Below, one piece after another: positions 48,540 to 58,914 of a stretch of 64,000 nucleotides of DNA (positions within the stretch are counted from its first letter, which is position 1; every line of letters begins with the position of its first letter). A model generated the notes under the pieces. The model was given only the letters and a program-made list of their open reading frames with translations. It ran no database searches and was not told where the DNA came from. The position numbers and the translations under genes were made by a program. Location: assembly GCA_963664325.2 (NCBI GenBank), contig CAXXDQ010000003.1, positions 224,001 to 288,000 on the forward strand, given 5' to 3'. The DNA comes from Desulfomonilia bacterium (GTDB lineage Bacteria; Desulfobacterota; Desulfomonilia; UBA1062).

Positions 48540-49189
48540 TATATATCCTTGATAATTTTCCACCAGCCCTGCCACTTGGCTACTATCCAGGAAAGTTCAT
48601 CATCGGTTGCGCCGGATGGATTGCCGAAGTCTTCGCCGGTTATCTTTTTCAGCGTGCAGATAGCCTGTATTTTTACTTCGGCATCTTTATCCTTAAGTGC
48701 GTCGATAATATTTCCGGCATCATTTTTTCTTCCCCATACGCTGGTAAGTTTAAGTGCGTCTTTTCTAACTTTCGAGTCTTCGTCCTTGACAGCGATGTGC
48801 ATTATTGAACTCAGACTTGATCTGTCATTCATCCATGAGAGGTAGCTGATTACCCTTCTTCTTACATAGGGGTCATGATCATTCAGCCAGGCTATTCCTT
48901 CGCTAGGTTTGAACGAACCGTTTCTGAACAGGTATCTTATTGACTGGCAACGAATATTCGGGTCCTTTTCTTTGGTGCCTTTGTAAAACACCTTTGTAAA
49001 ATCGCCCGGTGTATCGAAAAGGATGTCATAGATTATTGTTGCAGTATCTCTATCGACTGATTCCAAGGCCTCAAGTATCATATTTTGCGATGTTTTTCCA
49101 TGCTGTGCCAGGGCTTTTACAGCAAGCCTTTTTATCTCAGGGTTGCTGTCCTTTAGATCCTGTAGGATATCATTCATATTTAATTTCAA
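48539..49189 (-). CDS. HEAT-repeat protein, PomY-like position
   Basis: Likely TTG start after GGAGG; repeats LKDSNPEIKRLAV, LNDHDPYVRR, LKDKDAEVKIQA. Confidence 0.8.
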   Translation of the reverse strand: MKLNMNDILQDLKDSNPEIKRLAVKALAQHGKTSQNMILEALESVDRDTATIIYDILFDTPGDFTKVFYKGTKEKDPNIRCQSIRYLFRNGSFKPSEGIAWLNDHDPYVRRRVISYLSWMNDRSSLSSIMHIAVKDEDSKVRKDALKLTSVWGRKNDAGNIIDALKDKDAEVKIQAICTLKKITGEDFGNPSGATDDELSWIVAKWQGWWKIIKDI

Positions 49190-49276
49190 GAAATTTTCCT
49201 CCTGCCTGAACATTGTAAGTATAAATGGGAAAAACAAAGGTAGTCAAGCCATTCATTGTAATGATATTTGTATAAT

Positions 49277-51232
49277 ATGAATGTGGCCGAAGTCGTAGTT
49301 TTTTCTGGTATGCCTAAAGTACTGTCATACAGGATTCCCGCTGATATGTATATTTGTGCGGGCATGAGGGTAAATGTTCCCCTTAGAAATTCCATCAAAA
49401 CGGGATTGGTTATTGATATAAAGGAAGGAGAGAATGAAGGATTAAGAGATATAAACGAATCACTCGACTCGATTCCTCTTATACAGCAAGATATAATCGA
49501 TTTGCTTGTCTGGACTTCGAGATATTATCATGCCCCGATAGGTGCTTGTATGCAGCTTGCATTTCCTCCTCTAATCAGAAAGGGTATAGATGCAGGAAAA
49601 ATATCTGCCAAGCAATCAATGCAGGACAGGAATATTGAAAGTCCTCCGAAACATACCAAAGAACAGGCACATGCTATTGAAACGATATGTCCTTTGATTG
49701 AAAGAAAACGTTTTCATGTTGTTGTACTCCATGGTGTGACAGGTTCAGGAAAAACCGAGGTATACATTGAGGCGGCAGTAAAAACTCTCTCAATGGGCGG
49801 TTCGGTTATTTATATGGTTCCGGAAATTGCCTTGACACCACAGACCATTCACCGGATAAACAGCAGGATTCCTTTTGAATCGGCAGTGTTTCATTCAGGA
49901 CTTAGTCCGAATGACAGGTCAAGGGAGTTTATCAGAGTCACATCTGGAAAGGTCAGATTTGTAATCGGAACCAGATCGGCAATTTTTGCCCCCTTAAAGG
50001 ATATCGGTCTTATTATTGTCGATGAGGAACATGACCAGAGCTATAAACAGTCCGATGGCGTAACATATAATGCAAGGGACCTTGCTATTATGAGAGCCAG
50101 CAAAACCGGTGCAGTCGTAATTCTCGGTTCTGCGACTCCCAGCATTGAGACATATGAGAGAACCCAGAAGACTAGTCATACACTTATTACCATAAAGGAA
50201 AGGGCGGGAAATGCCTCGCTTCCGAAGATATCCGTTATTGATATGCGGGGACGCAGTGAGGTTATTTCACAAGAACTCGTTACGGCTATAAACGAAACCC
50301 TTGAGAAAAACCAGCAGGCACTTCTTTTTCTTAACAGACGAGGATTTTCTTCCGTCATGATCTGCCCAGGGTGCGGTAAGGTGCTGGAATGCAGGAGGTG
50401 TTCAAGAGGGCTAACCTATCACAAATCCAGACAGCATGCGATATGCCATTATTGCGGACATATCCAGGCTGTACCGGAGATATGCCCTAATTGCGGATGT
50501 ATTGAAATGAAACATGTCGGGCTGGGTGTAGAAAGAATAATTGAGGAGATTGAAGGACTAATTCCCGGTGCAAGACTACTGCAGATGGATTCGGATAAAA
50601 TAGATACAAATTACAGGCTTAACAGAGCACTGAAAGCCATATCAGACAAGGAAATCGACATAATTGTCGGGACCCAGATGATTTCAAAAGGGCATGATTT
50701 CCCCGATCTTACTCTTGTCGGTATCATACATGCCGAACAGCTGCTTTATATGCCTGATTTCAGGGCAGCTGAAAGGACCTTCCAGCAGGTTGTCCAGGTT
50801 GCAGGAAGGGCCGGCAGGAAAATGCCTGATACAACAGTGATCCTTCAAACGCTGATACCCGAGCATCCTATTATGGGTTTTATATCCGGGCATGACTATT
50901 CATCTATGATTTCTTTTGAAGCAAGGGTCAGAAAAAAGACCGGATTCCCACCGTTCAGATACATGGCCAGATGTATCTTTTCTTCTCAAAAAGAAAATGA
51001 ACCTGAAGAATATGCAAGTAGGACATCGAAAAAACTTAAGGAATACGGAGTCAGTATTTTAGGACCAACGCCGGCCCCCATAGAGATGCTCAGAAATTCC
51101 TACCGATGGAATTTCTTTGTGTTATCTGGAAACAGAAGCAGACTGCATTTATGCCTTGATAATTTAGGAAAGATGAAGTTTCCTTCATCACTCAAAATCA
51201 AGATAGATATAGACCCTTATGATATGCTTTGA
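49277..51232 (+). CDS. priA: Primosomal protein N'
   Basis: GVTGSGKTEVY, PEIALT, DEEH, SATPS, NRRG, CxxC clusters, QVAGRAGR, IDIDP. Confidence 0.96.
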   Translation: MNVAEVVVFSGMPKVLSYRIPADMYICAGMRVNVPLRNSIKTGLVIDIKEGENEGLRDINESLDSIPLIQQDIIDLLVWTSRYYHAPIGACMQLAFPPLIRKGIDAGKISAKQSMQDRNIESPPKHTKEQAHAIETICPLIERKRFHVVVLHGVTGSGKTEVYIEAAVKTLSMGGSVIYMVPEIALTPQTIHRINSRIPFESAVFHSGLSPNDRSREFIRVTSGKVRFVIGTRSAIFAPLKDIGLIIVDEEHDQSYKQSDGVTYNARDLAIMRASKTGAVVILGSATPSIETYERTQKTSHTLITIKERAGNASLPKISVIDMRGRSEVISQELVTAINETLEKNQQALLFLNRRGFSSVMICPGCGKVLECRRCSRGLTYHKSRQHAICHYCGHIQAVPEICPNCGCIEMKHVGLGVERIIEEIEGLIPGARLLQMDSDKIDTNYRLNRALKAISDKEIDIIVGTQMISKGHDFPDLTLVGIIHAEQLLYMPDFRAAERTFQQVVQVAGRAGRKMPDTTVILQTLIPEHPIMGFISGHDYSSMISFEARVRKKTGFPPFRYMARCIFSSQKENEPEEYASRTSKKLKEYGVSILGPTPAPIEMLRNSYRWNFFVLSGNRSRLHLCLDNLGKMKFPSSLKIKIDIDPYDML

Positions 51233-51250
51233 TAATCTGGATATTTAGAT

Positions 51251-52384
51251 ATGTATAATGTGGATATTGTAATTATCGGAGCCGGGGTGACAGGGCTTAG
51301 TATCGCATCATCTCTATTACTGAGGAAAGATCTGAATATAGTTGTTATTGAAAAGGAGCCGGGTCCAGGCAGAGGTATAAGTTCAAGGAGCAGTGAGGTA
51401 ATACATGCAGGCATTTATTACCCTGAGTATTTTCTAAAAACAAGGCTTTGCGTTCAGGGGGCAAGGCTTCTTTATGAATTTTGCAATAGATATGAAGTGC
51501 CGTCAATTAAGATTGGCAAGCTGATAGTTGCATCTGATAATTCGGGTGTTAATGCAATTGAAGTCCTATATGAACAGGGTACAAAGAATGGAGTTGAAAA
51601 TTTAAAACTGCTTGACAGAAAGGATTTGAAAAATATTGAACCTAATATCAGAGGCATTGAAGCCTTATACTCTCCCGACTCTGGTATTATAAATTCACAT
51701 TATCTGATCAAGGTTCTTGAAGCGCTGTTATCTAATAATTGTGTAAAATTGCTTTATAACACAGAGTTAACTGCCATGGACTTTTCGAATACAGGATATA
51801 TATGTACGGTAAGAGATCTTTCAGAAGAATACTCTTTCCGGTCAAGAATTGTTATTAATGCGTCAGGTCTGAATTCTGACAGAATTGCGGGGATGGTTGG
51901 GATCGATATCGATATGACTGGTTATAGAATTTATAAAGTCAAGGGCGAATATTTCAGGCTGAAAGCAAGCAAGGCAAGCCTTGTTAACGGCCTTGTTTAC
52001 CCGAGCCCGGATAAGGATATGACAGGGCTTGGCATTCATGTAACCAAAGATATTGCAGGAGGTGTTCGACTCGGACCAAATGCATTTTATATCGATCAAA
52101 TGGATTATGATGTCGACCCATCCCACAAAAATGAATTTTATTTTGGTATCAAAGACTATTTGCCATTTGTTGAAAAACAAGATCTGTCACCGGATACGGC
52201 TGGCATAAGACCGAAGATCCAGGCAAAAGGGGAAGAGACAAAAGACTTCATTATCAGGCATGAGAAAGATAAAAGTCTGCCGGGTCTGATAAATCTTATT
52301 GGAATAGAGTCTCCCGGGCTCACATCATGTCTGGCGACAGGAAAATTTGTTAATCGCATTCTGTATGATGATGGTTTGCTGTAA
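51251..52384 (+). CDS. FAD-dependent oxidoreductase, L-2-hydroxyglutarate oxidase (LhgO)-like
   Basis: GAGVTG, SSRSSEVIHAGIYY, KGEYF, LGIH, GIRPK, GIESPGLTS. Confidence 0.88.
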   Translation: MYNVDIVIIGAGVTGLSIASSLLLRKDLNIVVIEKEPGPGRGISSRSSEVIHAGIYYPEYFLKTRLCVQGARLLYEFCNRYEVPSIKIGKLIVASDNSGVNAIEVLYEQGTKNGVENLKLLDRKDLKNIEPNIRGIEALYSPDSGIINSHYLIKVLEALLSNNCVKLLYNTELTAMDFSNTGYICTVRDLSEEYSFRSRIVINASGLNSDRIAGMVGIDIDMTGYRIYKVKGEYFRLKASKASLVNGLVYPSPDKDMTGLGIHVTKDIAGGVRLGPNAFYIDQMDYDVDPSHKNEFYFGIKDYLPFVEKQDLSPDTAGIRPKIQAKGEETKDFIIRHEKDKSLPGLINLIGIESPGLTSCLATGKFVNRILYDDGLL

Positions 52385-52457
52385 ATTGTCTGATGAAAAA
52401 TTCAAGGATAGACTTTCGGTTCTTGACAAGATGGTCTTATGAATCTATTTTAACTTT

Positions 52458-52646
52458 ATGAGCAGAGATAGAATATTTTGTCCGGTATGTGCATGGAGGG
52501 GGGACTGCAACAAGAAATTCAAATCGACGGGCGGTATTAACTGCCCCGATTTCAGCAGGGATGTTACAATAAAAGCTATAGAAGAGCCGTCGCCACAACC
52601 AAAGAAGGAAGAAAAGAAGCCCAAAAAGGGTCTCTGGCCTATATAA
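52458..52646 (+). CDS. Small Cys-rich protein
   Basis: CPVCAWRGDCNKKF...CPDFSRD. Confidence 0.65.
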   Translation: MSRDRIFCPVCAWRGDCNKKFKSTGGINCPDFSRDVTIKAIEEPSPQPKKEEKKPKKGLWPI

Positions 52647-52649
52647 TTT

Positions 52650-53996
52650 TTAAATATTATCTTTAAGGCTGACGGTTCTGAGCAGAGTCCCTTCATCTGT
52701 TACGATGAGTATAAGAATTTTGTCATCTGTCACAGCAAAATCTACACCATAACCTAATGTCGATCTTAAAGGTATGGTTTCTGTGAAGTCATTCACATTC
52801 CAGGTGTAAACCCTAATCTGGCATGATTTATATATGGTGACTTTATCGAGCACACCCCAAAGACCCTGATTGTTGTCGATCGTGATCATACTATTGGAAT
52901 CTACTACAATACGCGGGGGTAAAAAGTAATCAATTTCTGTTTCCCTGGACTCCGCATCTTCAGACGCACTTGATTTTTTTTCAATATATATTTGCTCCAA
53001 ATATAAAGGCAGCCGTGAAAATTGGATTTCGGATGTCCAGAGTGCTTTTTTGTCTACATCCGAGAAGGTAAAGGCCCCCTTGAACTTTTCCCAGGAACTT
53101 TTCGATGAGTGTTTTGGATTTTTCATGTCCTTGCTGTAAACACGGAGCTTTCCGTTGGTACTGGAAAAGGTTATTATTTCCTTTCCGTCACTCCATGGCA
53201 TTATATCAGCCCTTACGGATGCCAGCGGGTCCATCGATACCGGCAGCAGATCCGGGGTTCCTTCAACAGCCTTTGTTGACGACCACCTGTTGATCTCCTG
53301 GGTTAAATCAGGGAGCATGGATATATCAGTCTGCAATAAGCCATTACCCATTGGTAGAACCACTCCTGTCCAGGTATTTATGGTCACTCCTTCTTTTATC
53401 TGATTGGTTAAAAAAACATCCTTGTTATAACCGCCATTATATTTAATCAATGCAATGATCGTATCATTGTAAGGCCACATACGGAAAATCGGACCTGGCC
53501 CTTTGCATGTCCACCATGCATTTGCCTTCCCATCTTTTATTATATAAATTGTATTTTTGGCGGAAACATAAATATTTTCATTTAATAAAACTATAGATGT
53601 TGCTTTGAAATCAAACCTGATATCTTTGGTTACAGCTGGAGCTACGGGAGGTCTTGTGAGAGAAAAAAGCGATGAAATCATTTCATCAATTGTTGATGTC
53701 AGTTCTGAAAATGATTTCATATCCTTATGATAAGCTTTCGGAGGTGTGCCATCGAGTATTGCATCGAAGGAATATATATCTCCGAGTTTGTTAATTCCGA
53801 TATCGAGCTTGTTGTATTTCCCAGTATCGATGCCCCTTGCAAGGCATCTTGTCTCTATAGTTCTGTTTATCGCATCTTTCTGGTTTTTTAATTCATCCGG
53901 TCCGTTTATCTGGATGTCTACAGCCATTGCAGACAATTGAGATGTGATGCCAAACAAGGCAATTATTGATATTATCAGAATGGATAATTTTTTCAT
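52650..53996 (-). CDS. Exported hypothetical protein
   Basis: Signal peptide; beta-rich C-terminal part. Confidence 0.7.
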   Translation of the reverse strand: MKKLSILIISIIALFGITSQLSAMAVDIQINGPDELKNQKDAINRTIETRCLARGIDTGKYNKLDIGINKLGDIYSFDAILDGTPPKAYHKDMKSFSELTSTIDEMISSLFSLTRPPVAPAVTKDIRFDFKATSIVLLNENIYVSAKNTIYIIKDGKANAWWTCKGPGPIFRMWPYNDTIIALIKYNGGYNKDVFLTNQIKEGVTINTWTGVVLPMGNGLLQTDISMLPDLTQEINRWSSTKAVEGTPDLLPVSMDPLASVRADIMPWSDGKEIITFSSTNGKLRVYSKDMKNPKHSSKSSWEKFKGAFTFSDVDKKALWTSEIQFSRLPLYLEQIYIEKKSSASEDAESRETEIDYFLPPRIVVDSNSMITIDNNQGLWGVLDKVTIYKSCQIRVYTWNVNDFTETIPLRSTLGYGVDFAVTDDKILILIVTDEGTLLRTVSLKDNI

Positions 53997-54120
53997 AGCT
54001 TCCCCCTAATTTCTAATTGTTATATTTATTATAACATATCATATTATATTAACAAAACATTTGAATAAATATCAACAAACCGACATTTATTAATTGTATT
54101 ATTAGATCTGTTAATAGTAT

Positions 54121-54140
54121 ATGAATGACGATTCATTTTT
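54121..54140 (+). promoter_or_regulatory. FadR(YsiA)-type TetR operator upstream of acs
   Basis: ATGAATGACGATTCATT, adjacent to a TTGACC -35 element at ~54142. Confidence 0.55.
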
Positions 54141-54213
54141 CCTTGACCTGATTGTCGCATTCGGTTATATGATGGCACGTTGCGAATAAAACCAATAATT
54201 AAGGAGGCAATTT

Positions 54214-56184
54214 ATGGCAGAAGATACCATGAGTATGTACGAAAAGATTTTCCCGGTTCCTCCCAAGGTTAGGGAAAAGGCCTACATCAAGAGCAAGGCT
54301 GAGTATGAGGCAATGTACAAGGATTCAATCGACAATCCGGAAAAATTCTGGGCAAAACAGGCCGAGAGACTCGACTGGTTCAAAAAGCCGACAAAGATCT
54401 GGGACTGGTCATTCACTTCACCTGTGAGCGTAAAATGGTTCGAAGACGGCGAGCTTAATGTCAGCTATAATTGCCTCGACCGCCATATTAAGAACGGAAA
54501 AAAGAATAAAGCAGCTATAATCTGGGAAGGAAACGACCCGTCAGAAAGCATAACATTAAGCTATATGGATATGTACCGAGAAGTAAACAAGGCCGCCAAT
54601 GTTCTCAAGCAGCTTGGTGTTAAAAAGGGCGACCGTGTAACAATATATCTTCCAATGGTTCCAGAACTTGCGATTACGATGCTCGCCTGCACAAGACTTG
54701 GCGCTATCCACTGCATAGTTTTCGGCGGTTTTTCGGCTGATGCGCTTCGCGACAGAATAGTAGACAGCGACTCCAAAGTTCTTATCACATGCGATGGCAC
54801 ATTCCGCGGTGCAAAGGCTGTTCCGCAGAAAGACAATGCAGATAAGGCAGTCGAACAATGTCCTTCGATCCAGAAGATGATAGTGGTTAAGAGAACTGGC
54901 GACCAAATCAAATGCGCATGGAAAGACGGTCGCGATCTCTGGTACGATGATCTTATGAAAGATGCAGCTCCTTACTGCGAACCTGAGAAGATGAATGCAG
55001 AAGATCCTCTGTTCATTCTTTACACATCAGGTTCAACAGGAAAACCCAAAGGTGTTGTTCATACGACCGGCGGTTACCTCTTGTATGCATCGGTAACGCA
55101 TCAATACATATTTGATTATCATGACGATGATATATACTGGTGCACAGCTGATATAGGCTGGGTAACAGGACATACCTATATAGTTTATGGTCCTCTGGCA
55201 AATGCTGCAACTTCAATAATGTTCGAAGGCGTTCCCAGTTATCCCGGTTTTGACAGGTTCTGGGCAGTAGTTGAGAAGTACAAGGTTGACATATTCTATA
55301 CCGCCCCTACAGCGATACGTGCGGTTGCAAAAGAAGGCGACAAATGGGTTGACATGCACGACATTACGTCAATCAGAATTCTCGGTTCGGTAGGAGAACC
55401 CTTGAACCCGGAAGCCTGGAGATGGTACTATGAAAAGATAGGGCGCAGTGAGTGCACGATTGTTGATACATGGTGGCAGACAGAGACAGGCGGTATTCTG
55501 ATTACCCCGCTGCCGGGTGCTATCGATATAAAGCCTGCAAAGGCTACAGTTCCTTTCTTCGGTATCGAACCCTGCATAGTTGACGATGACGGTAAAGAGC
55601 TTCAGGGTGTAGCCAGAGGCAATCTCTGCATCAAGAGACCATGGCCGGGCATGATGAGGGGTGTATGGGGCGATCCTAAGCGTTTTGAAGATACATACTT
55701 TGTTCAGTTCCCTGGTAAATATTTCACAGGTGACGGTTCCGAAAGAGACGATCTCGGCTATTACAAGATTACAGGCCGCGTTGACGACGTTATAAATGTA
55801 TCCGGTCACAGAATGGGTACGGCAGAAGTTGAAAGCGCTCTTGTTTCACATCCGAAGGTTGCAGAATCAGCAGTTGTCGGCTTCCCGCATGAGATCAAAG
55901 GCCAGGGTATCTTTGCTTATGTTACCTTGAATACAGGCGTTGAAAAAACTGATGAACTTAAGAAAGAACTTATAGCTCATGTCCGTAAGGAAATTGGACC
56001 TATAGCAACACCTGATCATATACTCTGGGCTGACGGTCTTCCTAAGACACGTTCTGGCAAAATCATGCGACGTGTTCTTAAAAAGGTTGCAGCTGCTGAT
56101 TATAGTGATTTCGGTGATACATCGACACTCGCAGATCCGAATGTTGTGAATGTTCTGGTCGACGAAAGAAAGAAACTGAAGTAA
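54214..56184 (+). CDS. acs: AMP-forming acetyl-CoA synthetase
   Basis: [45 protein letters not shown]. Confidence 0.97.
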   Translation: MAEDTMSMYEKIFPVPPKVREKAYIKSKAEYEAMYKDSIDNPEKFWAKQAERLDWFKKPTKIWDWSFTSPVSVKWFEDGELNVSYNCLDRHIKNGKKNKAAIIWEGNDPSESITLSYMDMYREVNKAANVLKQLGVKKGDRVTIYLPMVPELAITMLACTRLGAIHCIVFGGFSADALRDRIVDSDSKVLITCDGTFRGAKAVPQKDNADKAVEQCPSIQKMIVVKRTGDQIKCAWKDGRDLWYDDLMKDAAPYCEPEKMNAEDPLFILYTSGSTGKPKGVVHTTGGYLLYASVTHQYIFDYHDDDIYWCTADIGWVTGHTYIVYGPLANAATSIMFEGVPSYPGFDRFWAVVEKYKVDIFYTAPTAIRAVAKEGDKWVDMHDITSIRILGSVGEPLNPEAWRWYYEKIGRSECTIVDTWWQTETGGILITPLPGAIDIKPAKATVPFFGIEPCIVDDDGKELQGVARGNLCIKRPWPGMMRGVWGDPKRFEDTYFVQFPGKYFTGDGSERDDLGYYKITGRVDDVINVSGHRMGTAEVESALVSHPKVAESAVVGFPHEIKGQGIFAYVTLNTGVEKTDELKKELIAHVRKEIGPIATPDHILWADGLPKTRSGKIMRRVLKKVAAADYSDFGDTSTLADPNVVNVLVDERKKLK

Positions 56185-56198
56185 GATTTGGTTTTGGA

Positions 56199-56227
56199 GC
56201 CGGGGGCATATTTTGCCCCCGGGTTTA
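56199..56227 (+). terminator. Stem-loop after acs
   Basis: CCGGGGGCA-TATTT-TGCCCCCGG. Confidence 0.65.
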
Positions 56228-56284
56228 GATACTAACTGTTCTGAAATTTTGCTGTAACTTTCTGCATAAGGTGAAGGGATCTAT

Positions 56285-56863
56285 ATGAGAGGTGAAGAAA
56301 AATACAGAACAATATTGAATGCTGCAAAGCAAGTATTTGCTAAAGAGGGATTCTATAACTCCAAAGTTTCGGAAATAGCCAGAGAAGCCCATGTGGCAGA
56401 CGGTACTATATATCTATATTTCAAAAATAAAGATGATATTCTAATATCTCTTTTTGAAGAAGAACTTACAAGAATCATTAAACTTGTAAAAAGTGAGCTT
56501 GAAGGCATTGATGATCCCAAGCAAAAAATAGTCAGATTTTTCGAAACACACCTCGGAATGGTTGAATCAGATAGACCTCTGGCTGAGGTAATCCAGGTTG
56601 AATTAAAACAGTCAAACAAATTTATGAGAGAGTACAAAAATAAGCATTTTCTGGCTTATCTTAATATAGTTGCAGAAATAATAATCGATGGACAACAGCG
56701 CGGGGTGTTTAGAAGGGATATAAAACCTGAAATCACATCAAGGGCAATCTACGGATCACTCGATGAACTGTCCACATATCTTGTAACATCAAAAAGAAAA
56801 AGGTTTGATGTCCGCGATATAGCAATAGAGGTAGCTGCATATTTTATAAACGGGCTCTGTTAA
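56285..56863 (+). CDS. TetR-family regulator, Bacillus FadR(YsiA)-like
   Basis: VADGTIYLYFKNKDDILISLF, QVELKQSN. Confidence 0.88.
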   Translation: MRGEEKYRTILNAAKQVFAKEGFYNSKVSEIAREAHVADGTIYLYFKNKDDILISLFEEELTRIIKLVKSELEGIDDPKQKIVRFFETHLGMVESDRPLAEVIQVELKQSNKFMREYKNKHFLAYLNIVAEIIIDGQQRGVFRRDIKPEITSRAIYGSLDELSTYLVTSKRKRFDVRDIAIEVAAYFINGLC

Positions 56864-56895
56864 CAGTTTAGCAGGTTTTTTAAAAGGGGTTTTGA

Positions 56896-58875
56896 ATGCA
56901 GATAAAAAAAGCAGCTGTTATTGGCGGCGGGGCAATGGGAGGCTCAATTGCCCATCTTTTGACCACGGTCGGGATTGAATGCTTTGTCAAAGACGTTGAT
57001 CAAAAGTTTGTCGACAAGGCCATAAGCCTTTCAAAAGGTGTTTATGAAAAACTTGTAGCCAAGGGTAAACTTGCTGTTGAAAAGGCGGAAGCAAGGCAGG
57101 CGCTATTAAAAGGCGGCATTCAATATGATCTTGAATATATGAAAGATGTTGACCTTATTATTGAGGCCGTACCAGAGATACTCAAACTCAAAAAACAAAT
57201 ATTTGCCGAACTTGATAAAATTTGTCCTGAAAAAACCATTCTTGCCTCGAACACATCATCATTGAGTCTGACTGATATAGCCGAGGAAATTCAAAGAAAA
57301 GACCGATTTATAGGACTTCATTTCTTTAATCCGGCACATGTAATGAAGCTGGTGGAGGTCATTTATGACCAGAACACTTCACATGAGACCCTTGAGGAAA
57401 TGATGAAATTTACAACCATAATTGATAAGGTCGCCATCAAATGTAAAAATGCACCAGGGTTTGTGGTTAACCGAATACTTATTCCATACATGAATGAGGC
57501 TCTGCTTGCCCTTATGGATGGGTCGGGCACAATGGAAGAGATAGATGAAACAATGGTTAAATTCGGAATGCCTATGGGACCGTTTACACTCTGGGATCTC
57601 GTTGGTCTGGATGTGGCTATGCACGCTTCCGTTTCGCTTGAAGAGGCATTTGGAAAAAGAACTCCTGTACCTGACATACTCAAAGTCATGGTCGGTAAAA
57701 AAATGTTTGGCCAGAAAACCGGCAAAGGTTTTTATGATTACTCAGATAAGTCTAAGAAAACAGCCAACACCGAGGTCGAGAAATATTTAAATAAACTATG
57801 GAAAGAGAATCCTCCTGAGGGCCTGGATTTTGAGCCTGAGAGGTTGCTTGCTGTTCAGGCGAGAGAGGCCCTTCTGATTGCTGCCGAAGAAGTTGCAGGT
57901 GCTCATGATATAGATACCGGGATGGTTTATGGAACGAATTTCCCAACCAAAGTTGCATATGGTCCCCTGCACTGGGCTGAAGAAGTTATGGGCTGGTCGA
58001 ATGTTGCAGATATAGCTGAAATGTATGCGAACGAAGTTGGCCCTGAAAGGTTTACTTTACCTTCTTCAATTGAGGCTCTGGCAAATGGTGGCAGTATATT
58101 TATCAATTGCACATATGAAGTAGACAAAAACGGAGTTGCATTAGTAACAGTGGAAAATCCTCCGATGAATGTCCTAAGCGTCAAAACTGTCAATGATATT
58201 TCAAACTGCATGCTCAAGGCAATAGCAGATCCTTCTGTAAGGGTAATTGTTCTTACCGGCAAAGGAAGGGCATTTGTTGCAGGTGCAGATATAAAGGAAT
58301 TCCAGCAGATAATGACGCTGGGTAGTGCCAAAGAATATTCAGAGCGCGGCCAGCTGATGACCAATATAATAGAAGGTTCAGATAAGCCAGTTATATGTGC
58401 CATAAATGGCTTTGCATTGGGCGGAGGACTTGAACTAGCAATGCCCTGTCATATCAGGATAGCTGCAGATTCGGCTAAACTCGGACTTCCAGAGATAAAT
58501 CTTGGCATCATCCCGGGATTTGCGGGAACACAAAGATTGCCTAGACTTGTCGGAAAAGCAAAAGGCATTGAGATGATACTGACAGGCGCACCGATAAATG
58601 CTCAGGAGGCCTTGGCTGTCGGGCTGGTTAACAAGGTAGTGCCCTTGGCGTCATTGATAGAGGAAGCCAAAGATTTGGCTAATGTGATATCAAAAAAAGG
58701 AAGGGTTGCTGTTTCTTCCGCCCTGATGTCCGTAATGGATGGATACGATGAAACTTTTGAAGACGGATGCACGATTGAGTCTGAAAATTTTGCACGCGTA
58801 AAGGTGTCAGCGGATGGAGTTGAAGGTGTTGATGCCTTCCTGACAAAACGTGCTGCAAAGTTCAGAGATATGTAA
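56896..58875 (+). CDS. 3-hydroxyacyl-CoA dehydrogenase / enoyl-CoA hydratase fusion (HAD first)
   Basis: GGGAMG, EAVPE, SNTSS, HFFNP, PMGP; C-terminal AGADI, GGGLE, PEINLG. Confidence 0.93.
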   Translation: MQIKKAAVIGGGAMGGSIAHLLTTVGIECFVKDVDQKFVDKAISLSKGVYEKLVAKGKLAVEKAEARQALLKGGIQYDLEYMKDVDLIIEAVPEILKLKKQIFAELDKICPEKTILASNTSSLSLTDIAEEIQRKDRFIGLHFFNPAHVMKLVEVIYDQNTSHETLEEMMKFTTIIDKVAIKCKNAPGFVVNRILIPYMNEALLALMDGSGTMEEIDETMVKFGMPMGPFTLWDLVGLDVAMHASVSLEEAFGKRTPVPDILKVMVGKKMFGQKTGKGFYDYSDKSKKTANTEVEKYLNKLWKENPPEGLDFEPERLLAVQAREALLIAAEEVAGAHDIDTGMVYGTNFPTKVAYGPLHWAEEVMGWSNVADIAEMYANEVGPERFTLPSSIEALANGGSIFINCTYEVDKNGVALVTVENPPMNVLSVKTVNDISNCMLKAIADPSVRVIVLTGKGRAFVAGADIKEFQQIMTLGSAKEYSERGQLMTNIIEGSDKPVICAINGFALGGGLELAMPCHIRIAADSAKLGLPEINLGIIPGFAGTQRLPRLVGKAKGIEMILTGAPINAQEALAVGLVNKVVPLASLIEEAKDLANVISKKGRVAVSSALMSVMDGYDETFEDGCTIESENFARVKVSADGVEGVDAFLTKRAAKFRDM

Positions 58876-58914
58876 AATAAGGCTTGAGGCCAATAAACGG
58901 TAAGGAGGTTTAAT

